From NCBI GenBank assembly GCA_963731585.1, contig CAVSWC010000013.1, positions 188,003 to 252,002 of the forward strand: DNA of 64,000 nucleotides, given 5' to 3'. Positions 1 through 10,361 of this stretch are shown here, piece by piece. Position 1 is the stretch's first letter; every line of letters begins with the position of its first letter. The position numbers and the translations under genes were made by a program. The stretch comes from an uncultured Alphaproteobacteria bacterium. Its GTDB lineage: Bacteria > Pseudomonadota > Alphaproteobacteria > Rhizobiales > Xanthobacteraceae. The notes under the pieces are model-generated. The model searched no databases, was not told where the DNA came from, and saw only the letters and a program-made list of their open reading frames with translations.

Positions 1-919
1 AGCGCGCCGTGCAGGTCGATCCAGTCGAGCGAGAGGATGACGTCGGCCTCGCGTCAGGACTTGCCGCGCGGATTTGCTTAGCACGTTGAACGGATCGACC
101 GGATGCGCCGGATGATCGGTGGGGAACATCGAGCCGGCCTTCAGGTCCGACATCACCACCGCGCCGAGACGCTCGGCGAGCTTGATGCGCGCGTCCCAGA
201 TCTCTTGGTCGCGGGCGCCGCGGCCCATCAGCATCACGATCTTCTGCCGCCTTGTTGAGCAGCGCGATCGCCTTGTCGACGCTTTCCTTGGCGGGACGCG
301 CCGGCGGCGGCGGCGCAAAGCGCGCCATGTCCGGCCACTCAGGCTCCTTCTCCAGCTTCGCTTCCTGCAAGCCGGCGTCGAGGCAGATGTAAACCGGCCC
401 GGTGGGTTCGGTCTGCGTCAGGATATAGCCGCGCGTCATGCCTTCGACGATCGCCTGCGGCGAGGAGGGCAGGTCATCCCACTTCGTCATCGAGCGCACC
501 CAGGCGCCCTGGTCGCGGGTGGTGTGGATCCAGTCGATCCAGGGCCGGCGCTGCGTATTGTCGAGCGGGCCGGTGGCTCCCATGATGATCATCGGCGCGC
601 GGTCGCACCAGGCATTGAAGATGCTCATCATGCCGTGGATCAGGCCGACATTGCTGTGCAGCGCGCAGGCCATCGGCTTGCCGGTGACTTTGGTCCAGCC
701 ATGCGCGACGGCCACGGCGTGGTCCTCGTGCAGGCAGAGGATCATGCCCGGATTTTTGTTGCCGAGATGATTGACGACGCTGTCGTGGAATCCGCGATAG
801 CTCGCACCCGGCGTAAGGCTCATATAGGGGATGCCAAAACGCCGCAGCATCTGCGCCGCGACGTCGCTGCCCCAGGCTATCTTCCCGTCGGGTTGCCCTT
901 CAGGCTTATCCAGTTTCAT
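1..919 (-). pseudogene. Thiamine-diphosphate-binding enzyme, acetolactate-synthase-large-subunit-like (5' part, runs off left edge; two frame shifts as sequenced)
   Basis: Minus-strand ATG at 917-919 is preceded by GGAGG. Translation MKLDKPEGQPDGKIAWGSDVAAQMLRRFGIPYMSLTPGASYRGFHDSVVNHL...IIMGATGPLDNTQRRPWIDWIHTTRDQGAWVR fits a TPP-enzyme N domain. KIVMLMGRGARDQEIWDARIKLAERLGAVVMSDLKAG and ADVILSLDWIDLHG continue in other frames (shifts near 255 and near 60). Confidence 0.8.
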
Positions 920-1079
920 CTAACTCCGCCTCCCAAAACCGGCTGCCGCGTTTTTGACTCGCAAAACAGCGCGTTTCGAACAATGATCGCCGCCCATTGG
1001 GGGCGGTACGCTTCCCGGCCCCCTATCAAGACCGCCGGATGAATTTTCGCAAGAGCGGCGCAAAGTAAAGGAGGGTCGA

Positions 1080-1283
1080 ATGATCCACAAGCTGCGTATT
1101 TTGGGCACTGGCGCCGGGGCTTTTCATGGCTGCAACGCTAGCTGCCGGTCGGTGCACCACTGCGAGGCCAGCCAGCAGTGCGGTGGTCCAAGCCCTCATA
1201 AGCGCATTTATGCCGCAAACAGCGGGCTGCGTTGGTGGCCACGTAATAGCTCCTCTGCGTTGATGTTAGAAACGCCGGCGTGA
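1080..1283 (+). pseudogene. Remnant of a Bug/TctC-family gene 5' end (signal-peptide fragment only)
   Basis: RBS plus start at 1070-1107 (GGAGGGTCGAATGATCCACAAGCTGCGTATTTTGGGC) is nearly identical to 2918-2955, the start of the Bug gene (MIHKLRILG versus MIHKLQILG). No receptor domain follows. Confidence 0.35.
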
Positions 1284-1372
1284 CGGAACGCCGGCGTTGA
1301 TGCCCTGCACCTGCTGCGGCGCAGCATCACGGTATGTTGCTCCCGTTCCCAATACCGGCAGGCGTTCTCGCT

Positions 1373-1426
1373 ATATCATTGTCGCGCTTGGACAGCGCCA
1401 TATCATTGTAGCGCTTGGCCAGCGCC
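1373..1426. repeat. 27-bp imperfect tandem direct repeat, two units
   Basis: ATATCATTGTCGCGCTTGGACAGCGCC is followed directly by ATATCATTGTAGCGCTTGGCCAGCGCC (2 mismatches). The repeat ends about 20 nt before the cupin ATG. Confidence 0.9.
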
Positions 1427-1445
1427 GGCCTTGGAAGGAAACACC

Positions 1446-2696
1446 ATGCACGAGGTACCAGGCGAAGCTGAACCGGGCGAAACCCACTGGCACGAACCAG
1501 CCGGCAACAAGAAAGCCGGCATCGGCGCCTTCACCAAGCTTCCGACGCCCTATGACCGCTTTATGGAGGCGGAAGGCATCCCGGTCTTCCGCGACATCGG
1601 CATCAGCAAGGTGCAGAACCTTCCCCTCTATCCGTGGAAGCGGACCGGGGGGCGCGGCCATTTCATTCAGCTCCTTGGCACCGAGACCAAGTGGGGTTGC
1701 TATGTGGTCGAGGTGCCAGGCTCCGGCGCGCTGAATCCGGAGAAGCACATGTACGAGGAGATTTTCCTCGTGGTGGAAGGGCGTGGCTCGACCGAAGTCT
1801 GGATCGAGGGCGACAAGAAGCGTCACATCTTCGAATGGCAGAAGGGCTCGATGTTTTCGATTCCGATGAATGCCATGCACCAGATCGTCAATGCTTCATC
1901 GTCACCCGCGCTCCTCCTGGCCGGCACCACGGCCCCGAATGTGTTGAACCAGATCAACAACGTCGATTTCATGTTCAACAACCCTTACGTCTTCCGCGAC
2001 CGCTTTTCGGGCGCTGACGACTATTACAAAGCCAAGGACGATATAGAGGCCGATCCCGTGCGCGGTCTCGCCATGCGCCGCTCAAACTTCATCCCCGACG
2101 TGATGAACTGCGAACTGCCGCTCGATAATAGGCGCTCGCCCGGCTATCGCCGCGTCGAACCATTCATGACTGACAACCAGTTCTATTTCTGGATCGGCCA
2201 GCATGAGAACGGACGCTATTCGAAGGCGCATGCGCACACCTCCGCCGCCATCCTGATCTGTTTGAAGGGCAAGGGTTACACCTACAGCTGGCCGGAACGA
2301 TTGGGTGAGCAGCCTTGGAAGGACGGGCACGCCGACCAAGTGCGACGGCTCGATTACGAGCCGGTTGGCATGGTGACGGCGGCGCCGGGCGGCGCGCGCT
2401 GGTATCATCAGCACTTCAGCGTGTCGCAAGATCCGTTCCGGCTTACGGCCTGGTTCGGTCCGCATAATCCCGGCCGGGATCCCGGCGCGCCGGGTGACAA
2501 GCACACCGACTACACTGCGATCGATATCACCGAGGGTGGTACCGCCATCCCTTACTGGATGGAAGATCCCTTCATCCGCGAAGAGTACGAGGCGAAGCTG
2601 AAGGAGGAGGGCGTCAGAAGCCGGATGAAGCCGGAATGGTTCGCTCCGCCGGTTGAAACCAAATCCGCGGAGAGGCGGATGTGGGATGTGGTTTAA
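1446..2696 (+). CDS. Bicupin-fold protein (dioxygenase-like, function unknown)
   Basis: ORF 1431-2696; the ATG at 1446 follows GGAAGGA. It has two cupin-like halves (GSGALNPEKHMYEEIFLVVEGRGSTEVW and GRYSKAHAHTSAAILICLKGKGYTYSW). The family call is by motif recognition only. Confidence 0.7.
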   Translation: MHEVPGEAEPGETHWHEPAGNKKAGIGAFTKLPTPYDRFMEAEGIPVFRDIGISKVQNLPLYPWKRTGGRGHFIQLLGTETKWGCYVVEVPGSGALNPEKHMYEEIFLVVEGRGSTEVWIEGDKKRHIFEWQKGSMFSIPMNAMHQIVNASSSPALLLAGTTAPNVLNQINNVDFMFNNPYVFRDRFSGADDYYKAKDDIEADPVRGLAMRRSNFIPDVMNCELPLDNRRSPGYRRVEPFMTDNQFYFWIGQHENGRYSKAHAHTSAAILICLKGKGYTYSWPERLGEQPWKDGHADQVRRLDYEPVGMVTAAPGGARWYHQHFSVSQDPFRLTAWFGPHNPGRDPGAPGDKHTDYTAIDITEGGTAIPYWMEDPFIREEYEAKLKEEGVRSRMKPEWFAPPVETKSAERRMWDVV

Positions 2697-2927
2697 GCGT
2701 AGCGACTGATGCTCAGGTCGGCCATTGCAGCGCGGCTCAAGGCGGAAGGCGTCGAAAACCGCGTGCGCCCGGAATATTACGACAAGAACTACAAGGCCCG
2801 CTGCCGACGAAATAATTATTGCAGGGTGCCATCGATCTGCATTTGAATAGATAGCATACTTACAATAACATCTTCGCTACTGAGTAATGTTCGAAATCGT
2901 TCAGGCGCCAGGAATGAGGAGGGTCGG

Positions 2928-3979
2928 ATGATCCACAAGTTGCAAATTTTGGGCCGGACCGTGGTCTTTGGCGGCCCTGCTGGTTTCCGCGGGGCTCAAT
3001 CCCGCCTCGGCCCAGAAGTCGGTGGAAGACTTCTATAAGCGAAAAAATATCGACCTCATCATCGGCTATTCGCCCGGTGGCGGGTACGACCTCTTTGCGC
3101 GCCTGGTCGGGCAGCACCTCAGCAGACATATTCCGGGTAATCCGAACATCGTCCCGCGCAATATGCCGGGCGCCGGCAGCCGCACCGCGGTGGCATGGAT
3201 TTCCAGTGTCGCGCCGAAGGACGGCATCCGTGCTCGCGACCGCCGACCAGTCGCTCTCGGTCGCGCAGGCGATGGGCGACAAAGCCCTGACCGACATGAA
3301 GATCGACACCTCGAAGCTGATCTATATCGGCAATCCGAGCGCGGACAATAACACGACCTCGATGTGGCACACCTCGAAGGTGAAGACCATCGAGGACGCC
3401 ATGAAGTACGAAGCGCCGATGGGCGCCACCGGCGGCAGCACGTCCTCACAGTATCCGCGGGCGATGAACGCGCTCCTCGGTACCAAGTTCAAGATCATCC
3501 TCGGCTACCCGGGCGGCAACGACATCAACATCGCGATGGAGCGCGGCGAGGTCGAGGGCCGCGGCTCGAACGCTTGGGCGTCGTGGAAGTCGACACGGAT
3601 GGACTGGATCAAGGATAAACAGATCAACATCATCGTTCAGATCGGTCTGACCAAGGCGCCCGACCTTCCGGACGTTCCCTTGATGATGGATCTGGCGAAA
3701 AATCCCGAGGACAAGGCGGTGCTGAAGCTGCTGTCGGCTTCAACCACCATCGGCCGCCCGCTTTTCACCAGCCCGGGCGTTCCGGAAGAACGCGTGAAGG
3801 CATTGCGCGCGGCCTTCGAGGCTACGATGAAGGATCCGGAATTCCTTGCCGACGCGGAGAAGCGTGGGTTCGACATCAATCCGGTGTCCGGCGAGGAACT
3901 GCAGAAGATTGTGGCCGACATTGTCGCGACGCCAAAACCAATCGCCGATCGGCTGCAGTCGATCATCGGGACGGAGTAA
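2928..3979 (+). pseudogene. Bug/TctC-family periplasmic solute receptor (two frame shifts as sequenced)
   Basis: ATG at 2928 follows GGAGGG. The signal peptide is MIHKLQILGRTVV then LAALLVSAGLNPASAQ. This is followed by IIGYSPGGGYDLFARLVGQHLSRHIPGNPNIVPRNMPGAGS and a C-terminal GRPLFTSPGVPEERVKALRAAFEATMKDPEFLADAEKRGFDINP. Frame changes occur near 2962 and 3228. Confidence 0.8.
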
Positions 3980-3998
3980 CTTGGAATTACATCGTGAA

Positions 3999-4026
3999 GC
4001 GGCGGGGCAGCCTCCCGCCGCTTTTT
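3999..4026 (+). terminator. Rho-independent terminator between convergent Bug and idi genes
   Basis: GCGGCGGG, a 7-nt loop, CCCGCCGC, then TTTTT. Confidence 0.6.
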
Positions 4027-4597
4027 ACGGCTGCATCCACCTGGCGATCGCATCGCCGTGGTTTCGCAAATAGTGGTTGAACCAGACCGAATAACGCTCG
4101 GGATGCGCCGCCTGGTCGGCCCTAAGCTCCTCGAAGGAAATCCATTTCCAGTCGCTGACTTCCTCGGGATCCGGCGCAACGGTGCCGTCAATCCTGGCGT
4201 CGAACGTGCCGCCGAACACGTGCACGACTTCGTTTTCGATCAGGTCGTTTGAAACGGCCGCGCGGTAATGCGCGGTGAACAGCGGCTGCAATTCGCAAAG
4301 CACGCCCATTTCTTCGAACAGCCGCCGGCTTACCGCGTCTTCGTTGCTTTCGTCAGGGCGCGGATGGCTGCAGCAGGCATTGGTCCAGAGCCCTTCGGAA
4401 TGATATTTGCCGGAGGCGCGCCGCTGCAGCAGCATCATGCCGCTCGGGTTGCGCACCAGCGCCGAGACGGCGCGGTGTTGCAGCCCGCGCCGGTGCGCGT
4501 CGAGCTTGGGGGCGGTGCCGAGCAGCACGTCGGCATCGTCCACCAGCAGGATCGTATCGTTATCGGTCGCGCCAAGGATGCGTATGCTGCTTTGCAT
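4025..4597 (-). CDS. idi: Isopentenyl-diphosphate delta-isomerase, type 1 (Nudix fold)
   Basis: 190-aa ORF with LQHRAVSALVRN, WTNACCSHPR, EEMGV and ENEVVHVF motifs. Confidence 0.85.
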   Translation of the reverse strand: MQSSIRILGATDNDTILLVDDADVLLGTAPKLDAHRRGLQHRAVSALVRNPSGMMLLQRRASGKYHSEGLWTNACCSHPRPDESNEDAVSRRLFEEMGVLCELQPLFTAHYRAAVSNDLIENEVVHVFGGTFDARIDGTVAPDPEEVSDWKWISFEELRADQAAHPERYSVWFNHYLRNHGDAIARWMQP

Positions 4598-4686
4598 GCA
4601 AAAGGCCTATCAGCGAAGGGTGATGCGGTCGAGTCTGGCGCGGCAAGCCCGGCTGTGGTGAACTTGACTGCACGGGAGAAGCCGCC

Positions 4687-5466
4687 ATGAATTCCCCAAC
4701 GAAATCGCTGGTGCAATCGCAGTTCGGCGCCAATGCCGAAAGCTATGCCACAAGCCGGGTGCATGCGCAGGGCGAGAGCCTGTCCCGCCTGGTGGAGGCG
4801 GTGCAGCCGCGCCGGGACTGGGAGGCGATTGATATCGCCACCGGGCCCGGCCATACCGCCCTGGCTTTCGCGCCGAAGGTGAAGCATATCATCGCCACCG
4901 ACGTGACACCGGAAATGCTGCAGGTAGCGCGGGGGCTTGCGGAAAAGCGCGGGCTGACCAATGTCAGCTTCGCAGAGATGCCGGCTGAAAAGCTGCCGCT
5001 GCCGGATGCCTCATTCGATCTCGTGACCTGCCGCACCGCTCCGCATCATTTCGCTGACGTGCCGGCATTTGTCGCCGAAGTGGCGCGCGTGCTGCGGCCC
5101 GGCGGCGTCTTTGGCCTCGTGGACAATGTCTCGCCCGACGAGCCGGAGGCGGCCAGGCGGTATAATGAATTCGAGAAGCTGCGTGACCCGAGTCACGGCC
5201 GTTGCCTGAGCGAAAGCGAGTGGCTCGATCTGATCACCCGCGCCGGGCTGATCGTGCGGCACCGCGAAATCCTGACCAAGGATATCGAACTCGAGGGCTG
5301 GGCCGGACGGATGCAAGTGTCGCCCGACGCTAAGGAGAAGCTGTACGCAATCTTGCGCGATGCATCGGGGGGATTGCGTGATTTCCTACAGCCGAAAGAG
5401 CTTCCCGACGACATCGGCTTCGTGCTGATGGAGACGCTGATCGTGGCGGAGAAGCCGCTGACGTAG
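4687..5466 (+). CDS. Class I SAM-dependent methyltransferase
   Basis: 259-aa ORF with motif [12 protein letters not shown] and the post-I/II region [11 protein letters not shown]. Confidence 0.85.
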   Translation: MNSPTKSLVQSQFGANAESYATSRVHAQGESLSRLVEAVQPRRDWEAIDIATGPGHTALAFAPKVKHIIATDVTPEMLQVARGLAEKRGLTNVSFAEMPAEKLPLPDASFDLVTCRTAPHHFADVPAFVAEVARVLRPGGVFGLVDNVSPDEPEAARRYNEFEKLRDPSHGRCLSESEWLDLITRAGLIVRHREILTKDIELEGWAGRMQVSPDAKEKLYAILRDASGGLRDFLQPKELPDDIGFVLMETLIVAEKPLT

Positions 5467-5477
5467 GACGTTCCCCG

Positions 5478-6549
5478 CTAGCGATTGCCGCTGCCGACAG
5501 CCTCCGCGACGGATTTGAATCCGTCCGCGCGCAGCAAGGCTGCGAGTTCGCGCTTGACGCGTTTCACCAGTCCCGGCCCCTGGAACACCATCGCGGAATA
5601 GAGCTGCACGAGCGAAGCGCCGGCCTTGATCTTGGCGTATGCATCGGCCCCGCTGGCGATACCGCCGCAGCCGATGATGGGGATGCGGCTGCCAGCATAT
5701 TTGTACATCGTGGCGAGGCAGGCGGTGGATTTCGGCATCAACGGCCTTCCCGATAATCCGCCCTCCGCATGGCGGTCGGCGCTGCGAAGATGCGGGGGCC
5801 GGTCGATCGTGGTGTTGCCGATGATCAGGCCGTCGACGCCGGTCTTGATCACGACCTCGGCGATGTCGCGCAATTCCTGCTCGCCGAGATCGGGGCCGAC
5901 CTTGGCAAGTACCGGCGGCAGCTGCGGCCCGTCGGGCGCGGCGCGGCTGCGCGCGTCGAGCACGCGCACGACCAGCTCTTCCATCTCGGCGCGCGCCTGC
6001 AGCGCCCGCAGCCCGGGCGTATTCGGCGACGAGAGATTGACCACGATGTAATCCGCAAGCCCGGCCACCGCCTCGACCCCGCGCTACGTAGTCGGCCGCG
6101 GCGTCATTGCTGTCGCGGTTCTTGCCTACATTGGCACCGACAATGCCTTTGCGTCCGGCGCGCTTGCGCTCGGCGAGGCGTTCAGTGAAAGCGCCGAGCC
6201 CGCGGCTGTTGAAGCCGAAGCGGTTGATCACCGCTTCGTCCTCGTCCAAGCGGAACAGCCGCTTGCCGCTGTTGCCCGGCTGCGGACGCGGCGTCACCGT
6301 GCCGGCTTCGGCAAAGCCGAAGCCGAGCGCCAGCATGGCGTCGGGCACCTCCGCGTCCTTGTCGAAGCCGGCTGCAAGACCAACAGGGTTGGGAAAATCG
6401 ATCCCGAACACGCGTGTCGCGAGAATGGGGTCGTCCGGATCGCTCGCGCTGCGTACGAGGCCAAATTTCAGCGCGCCGATCGTCAGGCGATGCGCGCTTT
6501 CCGGCTCGATCCACCGCAGCAGGGGCCGCGCGAAGGGGTAGAGGTCCAT
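5478..6549 (-). pseudogene. pyrD: Dihydroorotate dehydrogenase (quinone), class 2 (one frame shift as sequenced)
   Basis: The N-terminal part is [30 protein letters not shown]...[12 protein letters not shown]...NRFGFNS. The C-terminal part is [22 protein letters not shown]...GGLSGRPL...[36 protein letters not shown]. The two parts lie in different frames, with the junction near 6075 in a C-run. Confidence 0.9.
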
Positions 6550-6806
6550 GTCTAGTGTTCCGAATCCAAAGTTCGCTTGTTCCCGCGGCACTCTCCGAAG
6601 CGAAATTTGGATTCGTCGAACACTAGCAAAATCCATAATTCTCGTGCCGCTTTTCGATTTGAGGTTCCTAAGCGAGCGTGCGGCAGGCAGTGTAGGAACT
6701 TCAAATCGGCGGCACGGGTGCTATCTTGCTATGGCTGCTCAACTAGAGCAAATAAGCCTGCCGCACCTGTTGGTTACGGGAGCACCATGGACAGCGTGGT
6801 TAACGC

Positions 6807-7334
6807 ATGAGTCAAGCCGCACCGAAAGCGCCTGCACAGGGATCGCCATTTTGGCAGTTTTCCCTGGGTCTTTATCGCGCACCCGGCGTGGCCGATGCCT
6901 GCATCCTGTTGCAGGACGAGGCGGGGGTGGACGTCAACCTGCTGTTCTTCCTCTTGTGGAATGCATCGCTGAAGCGGCAATTCGCGTCCACCGATGTGCA
7001 TGCGGTGGACAGCTGCGTCGCCGGCTGGCGCAAGACCGCGGTGATTCCCATGCGCGAAATCCGGCGCGGGCTGAAGTCCGCCACCGGATTGATCGAGCCG
7101 GGCGCAGCCGAGCTTTTCCGCACCAAGGTTAAAGGGCTCGAGCTCGAAGCCGAGCGTCTGCAGCAGGAAACGCTGTTTGCGCTTTCGCAGTCGGCCACTC
7201 TGGGCAGGGAAGCGGCTTCCGCCGATGCGGCGGCGCGCGCCAACATCGCGGCTTACGAAAAATATTCCACCCGCGATTTTCCAAGGCCTGCGGTCGATGC
7301 GATCCTCGCCGCCTTCGGCGCAAAGCACGGCTGA
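6807..7334 (+). CDS. Conserved hypothetical protein (TIGR02444/DUF2390-like)
   Basis: 175-aa ORF. GSPFWQFSLGLYRAPGVADACILLQDEAGVDVNLLFFLLW resembles that family, by recognition only. Confidence 0.55.
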   Translation: MSQAAPKAPAQGSPFWQFSLGLYRAPGVADACILLQDEAGVDVNLLFFLLWNASLKRQFASTDVHAVDSCVAGWRKTAVIPMREIRRGLKSATGLIEPGAAELFRTKVKGLELEAERLQQETLFALSQSATLGREAASADAAARANIAAYEKYSTRDFPRPAVDAILAAFGAKHG

Positions 7335-7355
7335 TACCCTGACAGGAAAACCTCA

Positions 7356-7943
7356 ATGGCCGCAAAGACACCCCAACGCCTGATCGTCGGCATCTCCGGA
7401 GCGTCAGGCGTCGTCTATGGCGTGCGCATGCTCGAGGTGCTGCGCGACGCCGGCATCGAGACGCATCTGGTCATGAGCAAGGCGGCCGAGCTGACGCTGG
7501 CCTACGAGATGGAGATGAAGCCGAAGGATGTCCGCGTGCTCGCTTCGCATTTCCATGCGCAAGCGGACGTCGGCGCCTCGATCTCCTCCGGGTCTTTCCC
7601 GACCATGGGCATGGTGATCGTACCGTGTTCGGTCCGCTCCATGAGCGAAATCGCCGCCGGTACCACCGGAAGCCTGCTGTCGCGGGCGGCCGACGTCGTG
7701 CTAAAGGAGCGCCGCCGCCTGGTGCTGGCTTTCCGTGAGACGCCAATTCATGCCGGTCATCTGCGGACCATGACGCAGCTCACCGAGATGGGGGCCATCA
7801 TCGCGCCGATCGTGCCGGCCTTCTACAACCGCCCAAAAACCTTGGACGACGTGATCAACCACACGGTCGGCCGGCTGCTCGACCTCTTTGGGGTGGAGAC
7901 CAAGCTGGTCAAGCGCTGGAAAGGGGCGCCGGAAGAGTCCTAA
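7356..7943 (+). CDS. ubiX: Flavin prenyltransferase UbiX
   Basis: 195-aa ORF with RLIVGISGASGVVYGVRMLEVL, MGMVIVPCSVRSMSEIA and FRETPIH. Confidence 0.9.
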   Translation: MAAKTPQRLIVGISGASGVVYGVRMLEVLRDAGIETHLVMSKAAELTLAYEMEMKPKDVRVLASHFHAQADVGASISSGSFPTMGMVIVPCSVRSMSEIAAGTTGSLLSRAADVVLKERRRLVLAFRETPIHAGHLRTMTQLTEMGAIIAPIVPAFYNRPKTLDDVINHTVGRLLDLFGVETKLVKRWKGAPEES

Positions 7944-8106
7944 GAACCCGTCCATCGTGGCATTTTTGCCCCTATTCGGCCCCGCTTTGGCGCCCGTTCG
8001 GCGATTTCAGAGTTCCGGCTCCAAAATTAAGAATCTGGTCTTGAATGCGCCTTCATCATAGGCGAATCCGGCTGGGCTTTCGTTTCCGTTCCGGGGGAGG
8101 TTCTGG

Positions 8107-9093
8107 ATGTTCCTGCGCTTTGCCACCGCTTGTGCCGTGCTTGCGATCGGGCTTGCTTGCTCGCCGGAACGCGCGGCTGCGCAAGGATACCCGTATGTCT
8201 ATCGCAACGTTCCTCCGGGCCCGCCGCCGCCCTATGAGATCCTGCCGGACATTGAAAGCGACCAAGGACCGGTCGTCATGGTTCCGGATGCGCGCCCCGG
8301 CGTCTCTTACCCGCCGCGGCCGGAACGCTACGTGCCGCCGGCTCCGGGCTTCGTCTATCCCGAACGGTTAGAGCCAGCGCCTTACGGCCACATACCCGGG
8401 CGTGACTCTGCGATCCGTCGCGGCGAGCTCCCGCCATTGCCGCCGGCCGACATCAATGCGCCGCGGCCGCCGGCGGGGGTCAATTCCAACCAGCAATCGA
8501 TCTATTCCACGCTGCCGCCGGAAGATCAGCCGGAAGTGGGCGAACGAAAGGAATTGCCGCAGCATCTTCGCCGCCAGCTCGTCGACTACCGCTCCAAAGA
8601 ACCGGCCGGCACGCTCATCATCGATACCGCCAATACCTACCTCTATCTCGTGCTCGGTAACGGGCAGGCGATGCGTTATGGCATCGGGGTTGGCCGCGAC
8701 GGTTTCACTTGGGCTGGAACCGAACGCATCTCGCGGATGGCAGAATGGCCGGACTGGCATCCGCCGGAAGAGATGATCGAGCGCCAGCCTTACCTGCCAC
8801 GCTTCATGGCAGGCGGTGAGGGCAATCCGCTCGGCGCGCGCGCGCTCTACCTCGGCAAGACGCTGTACCGCATCCACGGCACCAACCAGCCATCGACCAT
8901 CGGCACCTTCGTATCGTCGGGCTGCGTGCGTCTGACCAACGAAGATATCCAGGACCTCTACGACCGGGTGAAGGTCGGCAACCGCGTGGTGGTATTGCCA
9001 GGCAAGCCGCCTGCCACCGCGCAGGCCCAGCCGCCGGCTCCGGCGCAGGGGTTGCCGCCGGCTACCGCGCAGGCGCAACAGCCGCCACGGTAA
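8107..9093 (+). CDS. L,D-transpeptidase (YkuD domain) with Pro-rich linker
   Basis: Signal peptide MFLRFATACAVLAIGLACS. The YkuD core is YRIHGTNQPSTIGTFVSSGCVRLTNEDIQDLY. Confidence 0.85.
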   Translation: MFLRFATACAVLAIGLACSPERAAAQGYPYVYRNVPPGPPPPYEILPDIESDQGPVVMVPDARPGVSYPPRPERYVPPAPGFVYPERLEPAPYGHIPGRDSAIRRGELPPLPPADINAPRPPAGVNSNQQSIYSTLPPEDQPEVGERKELPQHLRRQLVDYRSKEPAGTLIIDTANTYLYLVLGNGQAMRYGIGVGRDGFTWAGTERISRMAEWPDWHPPEEMIERQPYLPRFMAGGEGNPLGARALYLGKTLYRIHGTNQPSTIGTFVSSGCVRLTNEDIQDLYDRVKVGNRVVVLPGKPPATAQAQPPAPAQGLPPATAQAQQPPR

Positions 9094-9240
9094 TTCGCGC
9101 CGCTGATCACCCGGCGCCACCAATTTATACTTGCGCATGACCTTACCGGTTAACGGGTTCCCATTTCGCCGGGTCCTGCGCTCGGAACCTCTTCGTCTGC
9201 TCCCGGTTTATGTCTTGCTCAACTGGGAACGGCAGGTGCG

Positions 9241-10293
9241 ATGGCTGATGCAAGCGCGGCGTTAAACAGGCTTCTGCAGGCCAGAAGCCGCACGCCCGGC
9301 CCTCTGCGCCGCGTCTCACCCAACGAACTCAACATCCGCCGCCGCCGCAACGGCAGGGGATTCTCTTATATCGGGCGGGGTGGTCGCACGCTGCGCGACA
9401 GCGCCATATTGCGCCGGCTGAAATCGCTCGCGGTGCCGCCTGCCTATGAAGACGTGCTCTATTCCGAGGACCCGCGTGCGCATCTGCAGGCGGTGGGCCG
9501 CGACGCCGCCGGCCGCTTGCAATACCGTTATCACCCGGAATGGGAAGAAGTGCGCGAGCGCCGCAAAGCCAAGCGCCTGGTCGCGCTGGTGGAGGCGCTT
9601 CCGCGTGTCCGCCGCTGCATCAACAAGCATCTTGCCGCCGACGAGGCGACGCGCGAATTCGTGCTGGCGGCGATCATACATTTGGTCGCGCAAAGCGCCA
9701 TCCGCTCCGGCAGCGAGGCTTATCTGCGCGCGCATGGCACGCGCGGTGCCGCGACGCTGTTGAAATCGAATGTGAGCATCAAACGGGATACGGTGGCGTT
9801 GGCGTTCAAAGGAAAAGGCAGCCAGGCGGTGCAGCGGAAGATCCGCTGCCGGAAGCTGGCCAAGGCCATCGGTATCTTGCTGCAATTGCCGGGCAAGCGG
9901 TTGTTTCAGTATCGTGACGATGGCGGCAAGCTGCGCAGTGTGGAGCGGCGTGAAGTCAATGAATTTCTCTACGCGATCGCCGGGGTGCGCATTTCACTGA
10001 AAGACTTCCGCACCCTGCTGGCGTCCACGTCGGTGCTGGAAAAGCTGGCGCATATTCCACCGGCCAAGAACGAGCGCATGCGCCGCCGTCAAATGCTCGA
10101 GGCCGTGCAGTCCGCCGCGGACGATCTCGCCAATACTCCCACGGTCTGCCGCCGCAGCTATGTACATGACACGATCTTCGCGGCTTTCGAGAACGGCGCC
10201 CTCAATCGCTTTTCCTCAGAGCTGAAGCAGTGCCGTTCCTCGAGCGGGCGCGAGCGCGTGTTGGCGCAGGTCGTTGCGAGCGCCGTGCATTAG
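9241..10293 (+). CDS. DNA topoisomerase IB (bacterial, poxvirus-like)
   Basis: 350-aa ORF with LKSLAVPPAYEDVLYSEDPRAHLQAVGRDAAGRLQYRYHPEW and a C-terminal TPTVCRRSYVH (catalytic Tyr context). Confidence 0.8.
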   Translation: MADASAALNRLLQARSRTPGPLRRVSPNELNIRRRRNGRGFSYIGRGGRTLRDSAILRRLKSLAVPPAYEDVLYSEDPRAHLQAVGRDAAGRLQYRYHPEWEEVRERRKAKRLVALVEALPRVRRCINKHLAADEATREFVLAAIIHLVAQSAIRSGSEAYLRAHGTRGAATLLKSNVSIKRDTVALAFKGKGSQAVQRKIRCRKLAKAIGILLQLPGKRLFQYRDDGGKLRSVERREVNEFLYAIAGVRISLKDFRTLLASTSVLEKLAHIPPAKNERMRRRQMLEAVQSAADDLANTPTVCRRSYVHDTIFAAFENGALNRFSSELKQCRSSSGRERVLAQVVASAVH

Positions 10294-10361
10294 CTCCATC
10301 GCGAAGATGAGGTGGCGCTTCTTTCCCTCTCCCGGCGAGCCAGGCAAGGAAAAGCGGAAAC

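Noticed and set aside
119-1042. 307-aa plus-strand ORF
   Set aside because: It is Arg/Ala/Gly-rich with no motifs, and it is the antisense shadow of a clearly recognisable TPP-enzyme gene on the minus strand. This is typical of high-GC DNA.
1373-1426. Tandem repeats as a CRISPR array
   Set aside because: There are only two adjacent 27-bp units with no spacers. No other regularly spaced repeats and no cas genes occur in the window.
2710-2850. 46-codon ORF (MLRSAIAARLKAEGVENRVRPEYYDKNYKAR...) downstream of the bicupin gene
   Set aside because: It is too short and has no recognisable family. It could be a gene fragment, but I cannot support it.
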